Shown: piece after piece, positions 45,833 through 55,379 of the stretch
Layout of the letters: the number at the start of each line of letters is the position of its first letter
Position numbering within the stretch: the stretch's first letter is position 1
From: Vicinamibacterales bacterium
Lineage (GTDB): Bacteria; Acidobacteriota; Vicinamibacteria; Vicinamibacterales; UBA8438
Length of the DNA: 64,000 bases
Reading direction: 5' to 3'
Assembly (NCBI GenBank): GCA_965208535.1
Contig: CBDBOU010000002.1
Coordinates: 131,701-195,700 of the forward strand
Notes under the pieces: generated by a model
What the model was told of the DNA's origin: nothing
The model's database searches: none
Seen by the model: the letters and a program-made list of their open reading frames with translations, nothing else
Program-made: the position numbers and the translations under genes

Positions 45833-47302
45833 ATGGCAAGAGCCCTCGATCGGCGCGAGTTCCTTGGGACGGGTGCGGTTGCGGCCGCCGCGTACGCGTT
45901 GAGCGGTCCCGCGTTCGCGCAGGCCACCGATCCGACCACGCTGAGCATTGCCGAGGCGCAGCGGCTGATTCGTGCCGGGGCGCTCTCGCCGCTGGAGCTG
46001 GTGGAGGCCTACCTGGAGCGCATCGGGCGCTTCGACGATCGCCTGAACGCCTTCGTCACCGTGACCGGCGAACGCGCCGTGGCGCGCGCGCGGTCACTGG
46101 AGGCCGAGCTCGCCCGCGGGGGATGGCGCGGCCCGCTGCACGGCATTCCGATCGCGCTGAAGGACAACATCGACACGGCCGGCGTGCTGACCACCGCCGC
46201 GAGCGCGGTGTACGCGGACCGCGTGCCGGACGAGGACGCCGAGGTGGTGACGCGGCTCGAAGCGGCCGGCGCCGTCATCGTGGGCAAGCTCAACATGCAC
46301 GAGTTCGCCTACGGGGGGACGTCGGCGTTCACGCACACCGGCCCCGTGCGCAATCCGTGGGACGTGGACCGCATCGCCGGCGGGTCGTCCGGCGGCTCCG
46401 GCGCGGCGGTCGCCGCGCGGCTGTGCGCCGGCGCCCTGGGGACCGATACCGGCGGATCGGTGCGCATTCCGGCCGCCCACTGCGGCATCGCCGGTCTGAA
46501 GCCGACCTACGGGTTGGCCAGCATTCGCGGCATCATCCCGCTCAGCGTGTCGCTCGATCACGTCGGCCCGATGTGCCGGACGGTGGCCGATTCCGCGCTG
46601 CTGCTGCAGGCGCTGGCCGGATACGATCCGCTCGGCATCGCGAGCATCCGCGCGGAGGTGCCCGACTACGCCAGCGCCCTGCTGCGCCGCACGTCGTCGC
46701 TACGCCTCGGCGTGCCCCGTACACCGTTCTACGACGACCTCGACCCGCAGGTCGCCCAGGCGGTCGATCGGGCGCTCCCCGTGCTGAGCGACCTCACGGC
46801 GAGCACGCGGGACGTGGAGTTGCCGGCGCTGCCGCAGGCCCGTCCCGTGGCGGTCGAGTCGTACGCGTATCACGCCGATCTGCTCGACGAGAGCCGGGAG
46901 CTGTACGAGGAGAGCACGCTGGCGCGCATCGAGCCCGGCGCCGAGGTGCCCGCGGCGGAGTATGCCGAAGCCCTGTATGGGTTGAAGTTGGTGAGAAAAG
47001 CAATCGCCGGCGTGTTCGACGACGTCGACCTGCTGGTCACGCCGACGTTGCCGATACTGCCGGTCGCGATCGAAGCGGCCCGCGAATCGCCGCTGGAGGC
47101 GACCCGGATCCTGATCCGCAACACCGCGCCATTCAATTCCTACGGGACTCCGGCGATCACCGTCCCCTGCGGATTCAGCCGCGAAGGTCTGCCCATCGGG
47201 TTGCAGATCTGCGGCCGCGCCCTGGGCGAACTCGACGTGCTTGCCCTCGCGCACGCCTACGAGCAGGCGACCGACTGGCACGAAAGGACACCACCGCTGT
47301 GA
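45833..47302 (+). CDS. amidase (amidase-signature family) with Tat-like signal
   Basis: DRREFLGTGAVAAAAYALSGPAFA. GGSSGGSGAAVA signature and KDNIDTAG. Confidence 0.9.
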   Translation: MARALDRREFLGTGAVAAAAYALSGPAFAQATDPTTLSIAEAQRLIRAGALSPLELVEAYLERIGRFDDRLNAFVTVTGERAVARARSLEAELARGGWRGPLHGIPIALKDNIDTAGVLTTAASAVYADRVPDEDAEVVTRLEAAGAVIVGKLNMHEFAYGGTSAFTHTGPVRNPWDVDRIAGGSSGGSGAAVAARLCAGALGTDTGGSVRIPAAHCGIAGLKPTYGLASIRGIIPLSVSLDHVGPMCRTVADSALLLQALAGYDPLGIASIRAEVPDYASALLRRTSSLRLGVPRTPFYDDLDPQVAQAVDRALPVLSDLTASTRDVELPALPQARPVAVESYAYHADLLDESRELYEESTLARIEPGAEVPAAEYAEALYGLKLVRKAIAGVFDDVDLLVTPTLPILPVAIEAARESPLEATRILIRNTAPFNSYGTPAITVPCGFSREGLPIGLQICGRALGELDVLALAHAYEQATDWHERTPPL

Positions 47303-47308
47303 GCTTCT

Positions 47309-49111
47309 TCAGGTCCGCATGACCCCGAGCACCTGGACCGCTTCGTCGACCTCTTCCTCGTAGGTGAGGGGCTTCGACGATCCCGGCGCGCGCCGGCGAC
47401 AGGCAATGGCGAGAGCCAGGCAGGTACCCAGGGTCGCACAGCCGATGCTCCAGCGGACCGGGTCGGCCAGCAGCCACAGCTCCAGCCGCGCCGTCCACCA
47501 GGCGTACGCCGTCAGGGCGAGCGCATAGACCGGCCACAGGTACTTCACGTTCGCCTTGCCCGGCACGTAGCTGCAGGCGAACGGCATCTTGTGAAATCGG
47601 CACAACAGCAGCTCGGTCAGGCAGCCGGACATCAGCAGCCAGAAGGCGGTGTGCTGCAACGCCGGTACGGGTCCCCACCACGCGGCATAGACGGGGAACG
47701 TTACGCCGACGATCGGCAGCGCGCCGAGCAGCCACAGCGCCTTGCGCGACCCGTTCAGGTACGCCGCCTTTTCGTCGATCTCGGTCATCCGGAAGATCCG
47801 GTTGGCACGGAGCTCCGTCGGGACCGCGAACAGCACCCGCAGCGCCGCGAGCACGAAGAACGAGAGCACGAGCGGTATGGACAACAGCCGCGCCGACGGT
47901 GCGGAGAGCGACTCGCGCAGGGCGTTCTCGGCGATGCCGGTGACCGGGCTCAGGAACGATCCGACGACGAACGCCAGTCCGAGGCCGACGTAGGCGGCGA
48001 CGAGCAGCCGGTGGCGGCGGCTGCGCGCCAGGCTCCGGGCGGCGAACGCCACGATGGCGTGTTCGACGGGATGGCGCAGGATGGTCGCGCCGGCCAGGCG
48101 AGTCGCCGTGCGCGAGACGGGGCCGGCCCGTCGCGCAGCGTCCGGCGGCGTTTCCAGCGCATGCTTCACTACCCGTCGAAAGGCGGCGCCATAGGCGAGT
48201 GCCGCGATCGAGAGCGTGACCCCGAGCGCCAGCAGCCCTGCGGCGGCCAGACGTCGAAACGCTTCCGGGTCGAAGCCCCAGATGACCTCGTAGATGCCGA
48301 GGAACCATACCGGCGGCAACCAGATGCCGGCGCGGCTGCTCGTCAGCCCGACGAACCGGTACGGGTTGTCCGCCGCCGCCAGCGCCTCGCTCGTCGCGGC
48401 CGGATCGATGGCGGCCAGCCTGACCAGCAGCCCGGGCGAGAAGACGAGCCATTCGATCAGGACGATGACGAACAGCAGTTGCGCGAGCATCGATACCCGC
48501 CGCAGGAGACGCTCGGGAAGGGCGAGCGCGATGCACGCCTGCAACGCGGCCAGGGCGAGGAACACCAGGATGCCGGCGGACACGGTCGCGACGAAGTGCG
48601 CCACGGGGTAGCGCAGGAACGCTTCGAGCGGAAGATAGCCTCCGGCAACGAGCGAAAACAGCACCGTGCCCGGCAGGTTGACCACGATGGCGAAGCCGGC
48701 CACCACCGCGACCAGCGCCGCGAGCCTGGCGAATACGATGGTGCGCGGGCGGATCGGCAGGCCGCCGAGGACGATCGCGTCGCGCCGGTCGGGAAAGAGC
48801 TTGTCCCACACCAGCACCGTGACGAACCCGACGGCGGCCATCGAGTAGCCGATGAAGTAGAGCTTCTGCGGCACCGCTCTGAGCGCCAGCTCCTCGTAGG
48901 TCATCCACGAGCCGTAGGACAACGAGAGAAGGAAGGTGAAGACCGCCGGGGGAATCATGAACACGGCGGCCAGCCAGAGCGCCGACTGGCGCAGGTCGAC
49001 CGTTTCCGGGACGAGGTCGTTCTCGAAGAGTCCCCGGAGGAACGTGCGGAACAGGACGCGAAACTGATCGCGCTCGCTGTCGATCCCGACGCCGCGGCCG
49101 CTGTCCGTCAC
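47309..49111 (-). CDS. multi-pass membrane protein, putative ABC transporter permease
   Basis: ~600 aa with many hydrophobic segments, directly downstream of the ABC ATPase. GTG 49111 sits in a GTGA stop/start overlap motif. Confidence 0.6.
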   Translation of the reverse strand: MTDSGRGVGIDSERDQFRVLFRTFLRGLFENDLVPETVDLRQSALWLAAVFMIPPAVFTFLLSLSYGSWMTYEELALRAVPQKLYFIGYSMAAVGFVTVLVWDKLFPDRRDAIVLGGLPIRPRTIVFARLAALVAVVAGFAIVVNLPGTVLFSLVAGGYLPLEAFLRYPVAHFVATVSAGILVFLALAALQACIALALPERLLRRVSMLAQLLFVIVLIEWLVFSPGLLVRLAAIDPAATSEALAAADNPYRFVGLTSSRAGIWLPPVWFLGIYEVIWGFDPEAFRRLAAAGLLALGVTLSIAALAYGAAFRRVVKHALETPPDAARRAGPVSRTATRLAGATILRHPVEHAIVAFAARSLARSRRHRLLVAAYVGLGLAFVVGSFLSPVTGIAENALRESLSAPSARLLSIPLVLSFFVLAALRVLFAVPTELRANRIFRMTEIDEKAAYLNGSRKALWLLGALPIVGVTFPVYAAWWGPVPALQHTAFWLLMSGCLTELLLCRFHKMPFACSYVPGKANVKYLWPVYALALTAYAWWTARLELWLLADPVRWSIGCATLGTCLALAIACRRRAPGSSKPLTYEEEVDEAVQVLGVMRT

Positions 49112-49217
49112 AGCTTCATCGCCTCCACCAGCTCGCCCGCGACGCACGATGCAGCTCTGGTACACGACCGGCGCCGGTTCGTCACAGCTTCATCGCCTCG
49201 ACCAGCTCGCCCGCGAC
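49107..49217. repeat. duplicated 37-nt 3' end of the ABC ATPase gene (two copies 74 nt apart)
   Basis: gtcacagcttcatcgcctc(c/g)accagctcgcccgcgac at 49107-49143 and 49181-49217. Both encode VAGELVEAMKL* on the minus strand. Confidence 0.85.
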
Positions 49218-49946
49218 CTGCTCGGCGTCGCGCTGCCCCGCGAGCTGCATGAACACCCCCTCCAGCGAGGGCTGCCGCATCAGTGCCCGCAGCCGTTCGA
49301 CGCGATCCGACGCCACCACCCGGCCCTCCCGCAGGATGACGACCGTCGAGCAGACCTGCTCCACCATCTCGAGTACGTGCGAGCTGTAGAGGACGATCTT
49401 GCCGCCGGCGGCGAGCGCCCGAATGAGCTGCTTCAGCACGAGCGTCGCACCGACATCGAGGCCGGAGGACGGTTCGTCGAGGATGACGATCGCCGGATCG
49501 TGCAGCAGCGCGGCCGCGATCAGGATCTTCTGCCGCATGCCCTTCGAGTACGCCGACAACCGGGCGTGCCGGTCGTCGTAGATGTCGAAGAGCCGGAGGA
49601 ACCGCTCGATCTTCTCGTCGAGCACCTCGCGTTTCATCTGGCGCAGCCGCCCGACGAGCGTCAGGTATTCGGGACCGGTCAGGTACGAGTAGATGTCCGG
49701 CGTCTCCGGCACGTACCCGATCCGGCGCCGGTGCCCCAGGAGATCGTGCCGGATGTCTTCGCCATGGACGCGGATCTCGCCGTCGGTCGGCTCGAGGAGC
49801 CCTGCGACCATGTTGACCGTGGTCGACTTGCCGGAACCGTTCGGGCCGAGGTAGCCGAGCACCTCGCCGGGCCGTACCGTGAAGCTGACGTCGCGCACCG
49901 CGGCCAGCGCGCCGTAGTACTTGGAGACGTTCACCACTTCGAGCAT
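49182..49946 (-). CDS. ABC transporter ATP-binding protein
   Basis: GPNGSGKST, LSAYSKGMRQK, ILDEPSSGLD, SSHVLE. Internal ATG 49946 of listed ORF 49182-51443. Confidence 0.9.
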   Translation of the reverse strand: MLEVVNVSKYYGALAAVRDVSFTVRPGEVLGYLGPNGSGKSTTVNMVAGLLEPTDGEIRVHGEDIRHDLLGHRRRIGYVPETPDIYSYLTGPEYLTLVGRLRQMKREVLDEKIERFLRLFDIYDDRHARLSAYSKGMRQKILIAAALLHDPAIVILDEPSSGLDVGATLVLKQLIRALAAGGKIVLYSSHVLEMVEQVCSTVVILREGRVVASDRVERLRALMRQPSLEGVFMQLAGQRDAEQVAGELVEAMKL

Positions 49947-50017
49947 GCGACTACCTCCCGGGCCGGTCGCTGATTGTGGCGCCGCCAGTTGGCGGCGGGA
50001 GATCGGATATCGTCCAG

Positions 50018-52792
50018 TCAGTCTCGCAGCATCGCGCCTGGATCCAGCCGTGCCACGCGCGCCGCAGGGCCGATGCAGGCGAGGAGCGACGCCCCGAGGA
50101 CGAGGAAACAGACGGCGGCGACGATCCACGGGTTCGCGAGGGTGGTCCCGGATAGGGCCAGGTGCAGCGTGCGGCCCGCCGCGATGGCCAGGAGCATGCC
50201 GATGCACAGGCCGGTCAGCACGCACGCCAGGGTCGAGCGCAGCAGCTCGGCGAGAACCCGGCTCCGGTTCGCCCCGAGCGCCTGGCGCAGCGCGAGCTCG
50301 CGCAGGCGGCGGTTCGCGGTATCGCTCACCATGCCGAAGACGCCAAGCGCCGCGAGGAGTGCGGATCCGAACCCGAACGGGACCAGCAACGCGCTCTGGA
50401 ACCGCTCCGGCGACAGCGCTCTTTCCACGAGCTCCGTCGTGGTGAGGTCGGCGCTCATCGGCTGTTCCGGATCCACCTCCGCGAGCGCGCGGCGCACAAT
50501 CGCCCGCGCGGCGGCGGGGGTCGCGGACGTGCGGACCACGACGTACCGGAGCGGGATGGCCGTCTGGGTGTACGGCAGGAACACGTCGCCGCTGACTTCC
50601 TGCACCCGGCGGTACCGGCCGTCGGCGACCACGCCCACGATGCGATACGAGCGCGGGGCGTTGCGGCCGCCGATGAACCGCCGGCCGACCGCTTCCCGCG
50701 CGGACCCGTACATCTCGCGGGCGACGCTTTCGCTGACGATCGCGACCAACGGTTGGTACTCGGCCGAGGGCTCCACCGTTTGCGGCGGCTGGCGCTCGGT
50801 CGCGGACTGCGTAGCCGCCGACGGCTGGCGTGGCGTCGCGGACTCGTCGGCGCGGGGCGACACGCGGGCCGCCCTGGCAGCGGCGACGGTCCAGGTATCC
50901 GTTTCCGCGAAGCCGCGGCCGGCGAGCAGCGATGTGCCGATGGCCTCGAAGTAGGTCGGCGTCACCACCTCGAGGTTCAAGATGGTATTGCCCGCCGCGT
51001 CCTCGGGGCTCTGGCCGGGAAGCCGGTAGGGCAGATCCCAGCCGATCACGCCCTCCAGCGGTCTGAGCAGCGCCGCGCCGGCCGCCCCGACCTCCGCGTT
51101 CGCTTCCAGACGCGCAATCACGGCCCGAAAGAACCGGCGCCGGGCCGCCGCGTCGGGGTAGCGCACGCGGCTGGGGTTCACGAAGGCGGTCAGGACGTCC
51201 TCGCGGTCGAAACCCAGGTCGGCGCCGCGCAGGTTGAGGAAGCTCACGGTGAGGGCGCCCGCGATGGCGAGCAACACCACCGTCCCGGCCACCTCGACGG
51301 TGAGGAGCGCGCCGCCGACGCGCCTGGTGCGGCCCGTCCCGCCGATGCCGGCCTTGCTCCCGCGCAGGAGTGCGTCGATGGACGAGTGCCTGACCATCAT
51401 CAACGGGATGCACCCGATCCCGAGGGTGACCGCCACGAGGCACGTTGCGGCAAACAGGAGTGATCGGCCGTCGATCGAGGCGGATGCGATCCGGGCGATG
51501 CCATCCGGCGCCAGTGCAATCACGGCGGCGAGGATCGCGATCGCCAGACCGATTCCGGCGAGGGTCCCCACCGTTGCGAGAACGAGACCCTCGGCGGCGA
51601 ACTGCCGGAGCAGATTGCGGGTCGAGGCGCCCAGGCTCAGACGCAGCGCCACCTCGCCGCCGCGCCGGGCCGCGCGCGTCGCCAGCAGTCCGCCCAGGTT
51701 GACCACCGCGACGAGCAGCAGCACGAACGCGCCGCCGAACAGCAGCGCCGCGATGCCCCGGCCGTTTCCCAGGATGTGCTCGCGCAGCGGCGTGAGCGCC
51801 GCGATCCGATCGCCACCAGTCGAGCCTGGGCGTTGCGCCTCCAGTCGCGACACGATTCCGTCGAGCTCGGCGGTTGCCTGCTCCCGGGACACGCCCCGGC
51901 GCAGACGCCCGACCGCCTGCAGGAACACGGTCCGGTTGTTCGCCAGTCCGGGCCGTGTGCCGAGCGCCGTGAAGACGTCAACGCCGCGCGGAAAGACGAA
52001 CCTGGCCGGCAGAATGCCAATCACCGTGAAGTCGACGCCCGTGAGCGTCAGGCCGGTGCCAATCACTTCGGGGTCCGCGCCGAGAACGTTCGTCCAGAAC
52101 GCGTGGGTGAGCACCACGGTCGGCTGGGCTCCTTCCCGGTCGTCCTTCGCCGCGAAGGCGCGGCCGAGCATCGGCCGCACGCCCAGCACGTCGAAGAACT
52201 CATGCGTGACGCGTGCGCTCTCGATGGCGACCGGATCGCCGCGGCCGGTCAGGACGTAGCTGTACCCGTAGACGGTGGTCGGCAGGGCCGCGAGACGCTC
52301 GAAGCTCGTCGATTGCGCCCGCCACTCCAGGAACTCCGGATACGAAAGCTCGATGAAGCGTGTCGGGTCGGTCCGGCTCGTCTTCCAACCGGCGACGAGG
52401 CGTTTCTCCTGCGGAAACGGGAGGGGTTGGAGCACTACGGCGTCCAGCACGCCGAACATGGCGGTGCTCGCGCCGACCCCCATGGCCAGCGCGACGGTGG
52501 CGAGCACCGGAACACCCGAGCTGCGGTTCTTGAACTGGCGGCGCAGGGCGTGCCGCAGGTCCCGCCCGAACTCCTCCAGCCAGCGCGTGCGGCGGAGGTC
52601 GCGGCACATCTCCTTCACATGGTCGAGGCCGCCGAACTCGAGGCGAGCTCGACGCCGCGCCTCTCGCGTGGACATTCCGGCCTGGATGTGGTCGGCCACC
52701 TGCCGCTCGACGTGGTCGCGCAGCTCGGCGTCGAGCTCGGCTTCCGCCCGCTCGCGACGCCGCAGCCGCTGCAGCGCTTGTCGCCAGCTCAC
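50018..52792 (-). CDS. duplicated MacB/FtsX-type permease (ADOP family)
   Basis: Two MacB_PCD/FtsX modules. N-terminus ..LRHALRQFKNRSSGVPVLATVALAMGVGASTAMFGV... GTG 52792 overlaps the padR TGA (GTGA). Confidence 0.85.
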   Translation of the reverse strand: MSWRQALQRLRRRERAEAELDAELRDHVERQVADHIQAGMSTREARRRARLEFGGLDHVKEMCRDLRRTRWLEEFGRDLRHALRRQFKNRSSGVPVLATVALAMGVGASTAMFGVLDAVVLQPLPFPQEKRLVAGWKTSRTDPTRFIELSYPEFLEWRAQSTSFERLAALPTTVYGYSYVLTGRGDPVAIESARVTHEFFDVLGVRPMLGRAFAAKDDREGAQPTVVLTHAFWTNVLGADPEVIGTGLTLTGVDFTVIGILPARFVFPRGVDVFTALGTRPGLANNRTVFLQAVGRLRRGVSREQATAELDGIVSRLEAQRPGSTGGDRIAALTPLREHILGNGRGIAALLFGGAFVLLLVAVVNLGGLLATRAARRGGEVALRLSLGASTRNLLRQFAAEGLVLATVGTLAGIGLAIAILAAVIALAPDGIARIASASIDGRSLLFAATCLVAVTLGIGCIPLMMVRHSSIDALLRGSKAGIGGTGRTRRVGGALLTVEVAGTVVLLAIAGALTVSFLNLRGADLGFDREDVLTAFVNPSRVRYPDAAARRRFFRAVIARLEANAEVGAAGAALLRPLEGVIGWDLPYRLPGQSPEDAAGNTILNLEVVTPTYFEAIGTSLLAGRGFAETDTWTVAAARAARVSPRADESATPRQPSAATQSATERQPPQTVEPSAEYQPLVAIVSESVAREMYGSAREAVGRRFIGGRNAPRSYRIVGVVADGRYRRVQEVSGDVFLPYTQTAIPLRYVVVRTSATPAAARAIVRRALAEVDPEQPMSADLTTTELVERALSPERFQSALLVPFGFGSALLAALGVFGMVSDTANRRLRELALRQALGANRSRVLAELLRSTLACVLTGLCIGMLLAIAAGRTLHLALSGTTLANPWIVAAVCFLVLGASLLACIGPAARVARLDPGAMLRD

Positions 52793-53136
52793 CGCGCGCT
52801 TCCGCCGGCGGTTCCCAGAATCAGCCCGACGGCCTCGGCCAAGCGGGCCCAGCTCGCGGTCTGCTCCTGCAACCGCGCGTGCCCCTTGGGCGTCAGGCGA
52901 TAGAACTTCGCGTCGCGGCCGGTGTCCGACGGCTTCCACGCCGCGGCCAGCAGTCCGCGCCGCTCCAGTCGGTGCAGCGCGGGATACAGCGACCCCTGCG
53001 GCACCTGGAGCACGTCGCGCGACACCTGCTTGATGCGCTGGGCGATGCCGTAGCCGTGAATCGGGCCGGTAGCCGCGACCTGCAGCACCAGCAGATCGAG
53101 CGTGCCCTGCGGCAGGTCCGTCCTGGGCGTGGTCAT
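52789..53136 (-). CDS. PadR-family transcriptional regulator
   Basis: GTLDLLVLQVAATGPIHGYGIAQRI..GSLYPALHRLERRGLL..KFYRLTPKG. Confidence 0.9.
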   Translation of the reverse strand: MTTPRTDLPQGTLDLLVLQVAATGPIHGYGIAQRIKQVSRDVLQVPQGSLYPALHRLERRGLLAAAWKPSDTGRDAKFYRLTPKGHARLQEQTASWARLAEAVGLILGTAGGSAR

Positions 53137-53153
53137 TCTCGCAATACCTCTAA

Positions 53154-53183
53154 CTTCTACATGTACAGGATCACATGTAGAAG
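53154..53183. promoter_or_regulatory. perfect palindrome containing ATGT-N8-ACAT, candidate PadR operator
   Basis: cttctacatgt-acaggatc-acatgtagaag, 18 nt upstream of the padR start codon. Confidence 0.6.
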
Positions 53184-53242
53184 ATCAAGGTGTCGAGAGA
53201 TCTTCGTCAACACCCGGTACTCGTTCGAAATGCCGAGACGCA

Positions 53243-55276
53243 TTACAGGTTGCGCCACGCTTTCTCATCGTCATCCGAGGCCCATTCGCTCATCGCCGCG
53301 GAGACGTCCGGACTTGCTGCTCGAGCGGAGGTGGGCGGGATCTCGAAGCCGACCGAGCGCATCAGCTCGATGGCGTTGCTCTTGCCGACCACCCCCGGGC
53401 GCAGCCTGTAGTCGAAGCAGAGCCTGCCGTTCGTCAGGTGGTCGGTGAAGTGGACGTTCTCCGCGCGCGGGCCGAGCGCGTCCGTGATCGCCGTGAGCGC
53501 CAGATCGTGCGTTGTCACGAGGCCGATGGCGCCCCGCTTCACCAGGCCCTGCACCACGGCGTCGGCGCCAATCCGCCGGTCGTGCGAGTTCGTGCCGTGC
53601 AGGCATTCGTCGATCAGGAACAGCACGGGTTTCGCGAGGGCGGGCGATTCGTCGGTGAACGACGCATTTTTCGGGCTCGTTGCGCTTGTCCCGGTCCTGT
53701 CCAGGATGGCCCGCAGCCGCAGGATCTCGGCGTGAAAGCGCGAGCTGCCATCCTGCAGCGAATCGACGATGCGTATCGACGCTCCCACCGCCAGGGGCGA
53801 CATCCGCAGCCGCCGCGCCCGCACCGGCGCGCCGGCCTGGGCGAGGACGGCATTGACCCCGATTGCGCGGAGCAGCGTGCTCTTGCCGGACATGTTCGAG
53901 CCGCTCAGTACGAGCACCTGTGGATGGGCGTCCAGGCGGACGTCGTTGGCGACGGCCTCGGCGTTCAGAAGCGGATGCGCGAGTGCTTGTGCCTCGAAGC
54001 ACGGCGTCCCGTCCGCCAGCTCCGGCCAGCCGTCGTCGGGCCGCTCGAACCGATAGGCGGCCAGCGACGCCAGCGCCTCCATCTCGCCGACGGTGTCGAG
54101 CCACGTGCCCAGCTTCGGGCCGGAGGCGAGACGCCAGCGCTCGACCGCGTGCGCGAGGTGCACGTCCGAGACGAGGAAGAACCCGAGCAGCCACGCGAAG
54201 GCGTTGTGGCGCGAATCGACGTGCTCCATCAGGCGGGTCAGCCGGGCCACCTGCCGGGACGGCGGCTCCCCGTCGACGTCGAGCCGGGCGCGCAGCTCGG
54301 CGAGTCGCGCGGCGTGGAAGCGTTCGGCCTCCATCCGCCCGAGCAGGCCGCCGAGCAACGCGACATGCCGGGCGGCCGAGTCGATCCCTTCGTAGACCCG
54401 TGCCGCGGCCGGCTGGATGCGCAACTGCACCACCGCCACCCCGACCACGGCGGCGACGAAGTACCAGCCGAGCAGCGACCGGACGCCATCGCTCAGATCC
54501 AGCGACCGGACCCCCGCGAGCGCGTAGGCGACGCCGGCCGCGAGGGCCAGGGCGCCGGCCACCGAAGCAATGCGTCCCGCCGTCAGGAGCGCGGGCGAAT
54601 CGAAAGCGGCCGGCGCGGTGCCCCAGGCCGACAGCGCTTGCGCATCGACGGCGGCGCGGGTGTCGTCGCCCAGCACCGCCAGGTCCTCGCGCAGGTCGAG
54701 GTTGGGGGTGAGCTCGTCGATCGCCGCCTGCCGGGCGCGGACGACATCGGACGCGGCGGGGGAGAGCAGCCAGCCGGCGAGCGTTGCCATGCCACGGCGC
54801 GTCCGCGCGGCGCAGAGGCGCTGGAACACGGACCCGTCGCCGAACAGATCGAGGTCGGCCGCGTACAGGTGCTGCGGGTCGGCGAACTCGTCCCCCCGTT
54901 CGCCGGTGCCGGCCCACGCGTCGTCCAGCCGCGCGAGGCCGCGGTCGTAGAAGGCGATGGCCCGTTCCAGCCGGCTGCGCTCGGTCTCGATCCGGTCGAG
55001 ACGAAAGCCGAGCCAGACGACGCCGGCGAGCGGCGCCATGATCCACCAGGCCGAGTACCCCGCCCCGCCGACGATGCCGATTCCCAGCAGTGCAGCGATA
55101 CCCACCAGGACCAACCGGACCGTCCCGATGGCGTGGTGCCGCCGCTCGGCGTCCGCGCGCGCCGTCCGGCGGGCCGCCCGCCGTTCCTGGTAGACGGTCC
55201 GGGGATCCTGTTCGGTTGGTTGTGATGCAGACATCCGTTCTTTCATGGAGTATTCCGTCGTCCTGCCCCGGTTCAT
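53243..55276 (-). CDS. MutS-related ATPase (MutS domain V) with N-terminal TM segments
   Basis: LSGSNMSGKSTLLRAIG, SRFHAEILRL, FLIDECLHGTNSHDR, TTHDLAL. Start uncertain (55276 or 55246). Confidence 0.75.
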   Translation of the reverse strand: MNRGRTTEYSMKERMSASQPTEQDPRTVYQERRAARRTARADAERRHHAIGTVRLVLVGIAALLGIGIVGGAGYSAWWIMAPLAGVVWLGFRLDRIETERSRLERAIAFYDRGLARLDDAWAGTGERGDEFADPQHLYAADLDLFGDGSVFQRLCAARTRRGMATLAGWLLSPAASDVVRARQAAIDELTPNLDLREDLAVLGDDTRAAVDAQALSAWGTAPAAFDSPALLTAGRIASVAGALALAAGVAYALAGVRSLDLSDGVRSLLGWYFVAAVVGVAVVQLRIQPAAARVYEGIDSAARHVALLGGLLGRMEAERFHAARLAELRARLDVDGEPPSRQVARLTRLMEHVDSRHNAFAWLLGFFLVSDVHLAHAVERWRLASGPKLGTWLDTVGEMEALASLAAYRFERPDDGWPELADGTPCFEAQALAHPLLNAEAVANDVRLDAHPQVLVLSGSNMSGKSTLLRAIGVNAVLAQAGAPVRARRLRMSPLAVGASIRIVDSLQDGSSRFHAEILRLRAILDRTGTSATSPKNASFTDESPALAKPVLFLIDECLHGTNSHDRRIGADAVVQGLVKRGAIGLVTTHDLALTAITDALGPRAENVHFTDHLTNGRLCFDYRLRPGVVGKSNAIELMRSVGFEIPPTSARAASPDVSAAMSEWASDDDEKAWRNL

Positions 55277-55379
55277 CGACGGCTGCTGTCTTCACTACGT
55301 GGATCGCCTTCCCCAGGTTCTGTGGGGCCGCAGCGGAGGGCGGCCGTCTGAAGAGGAGGGCGGCGATGAGCGACCGCCG

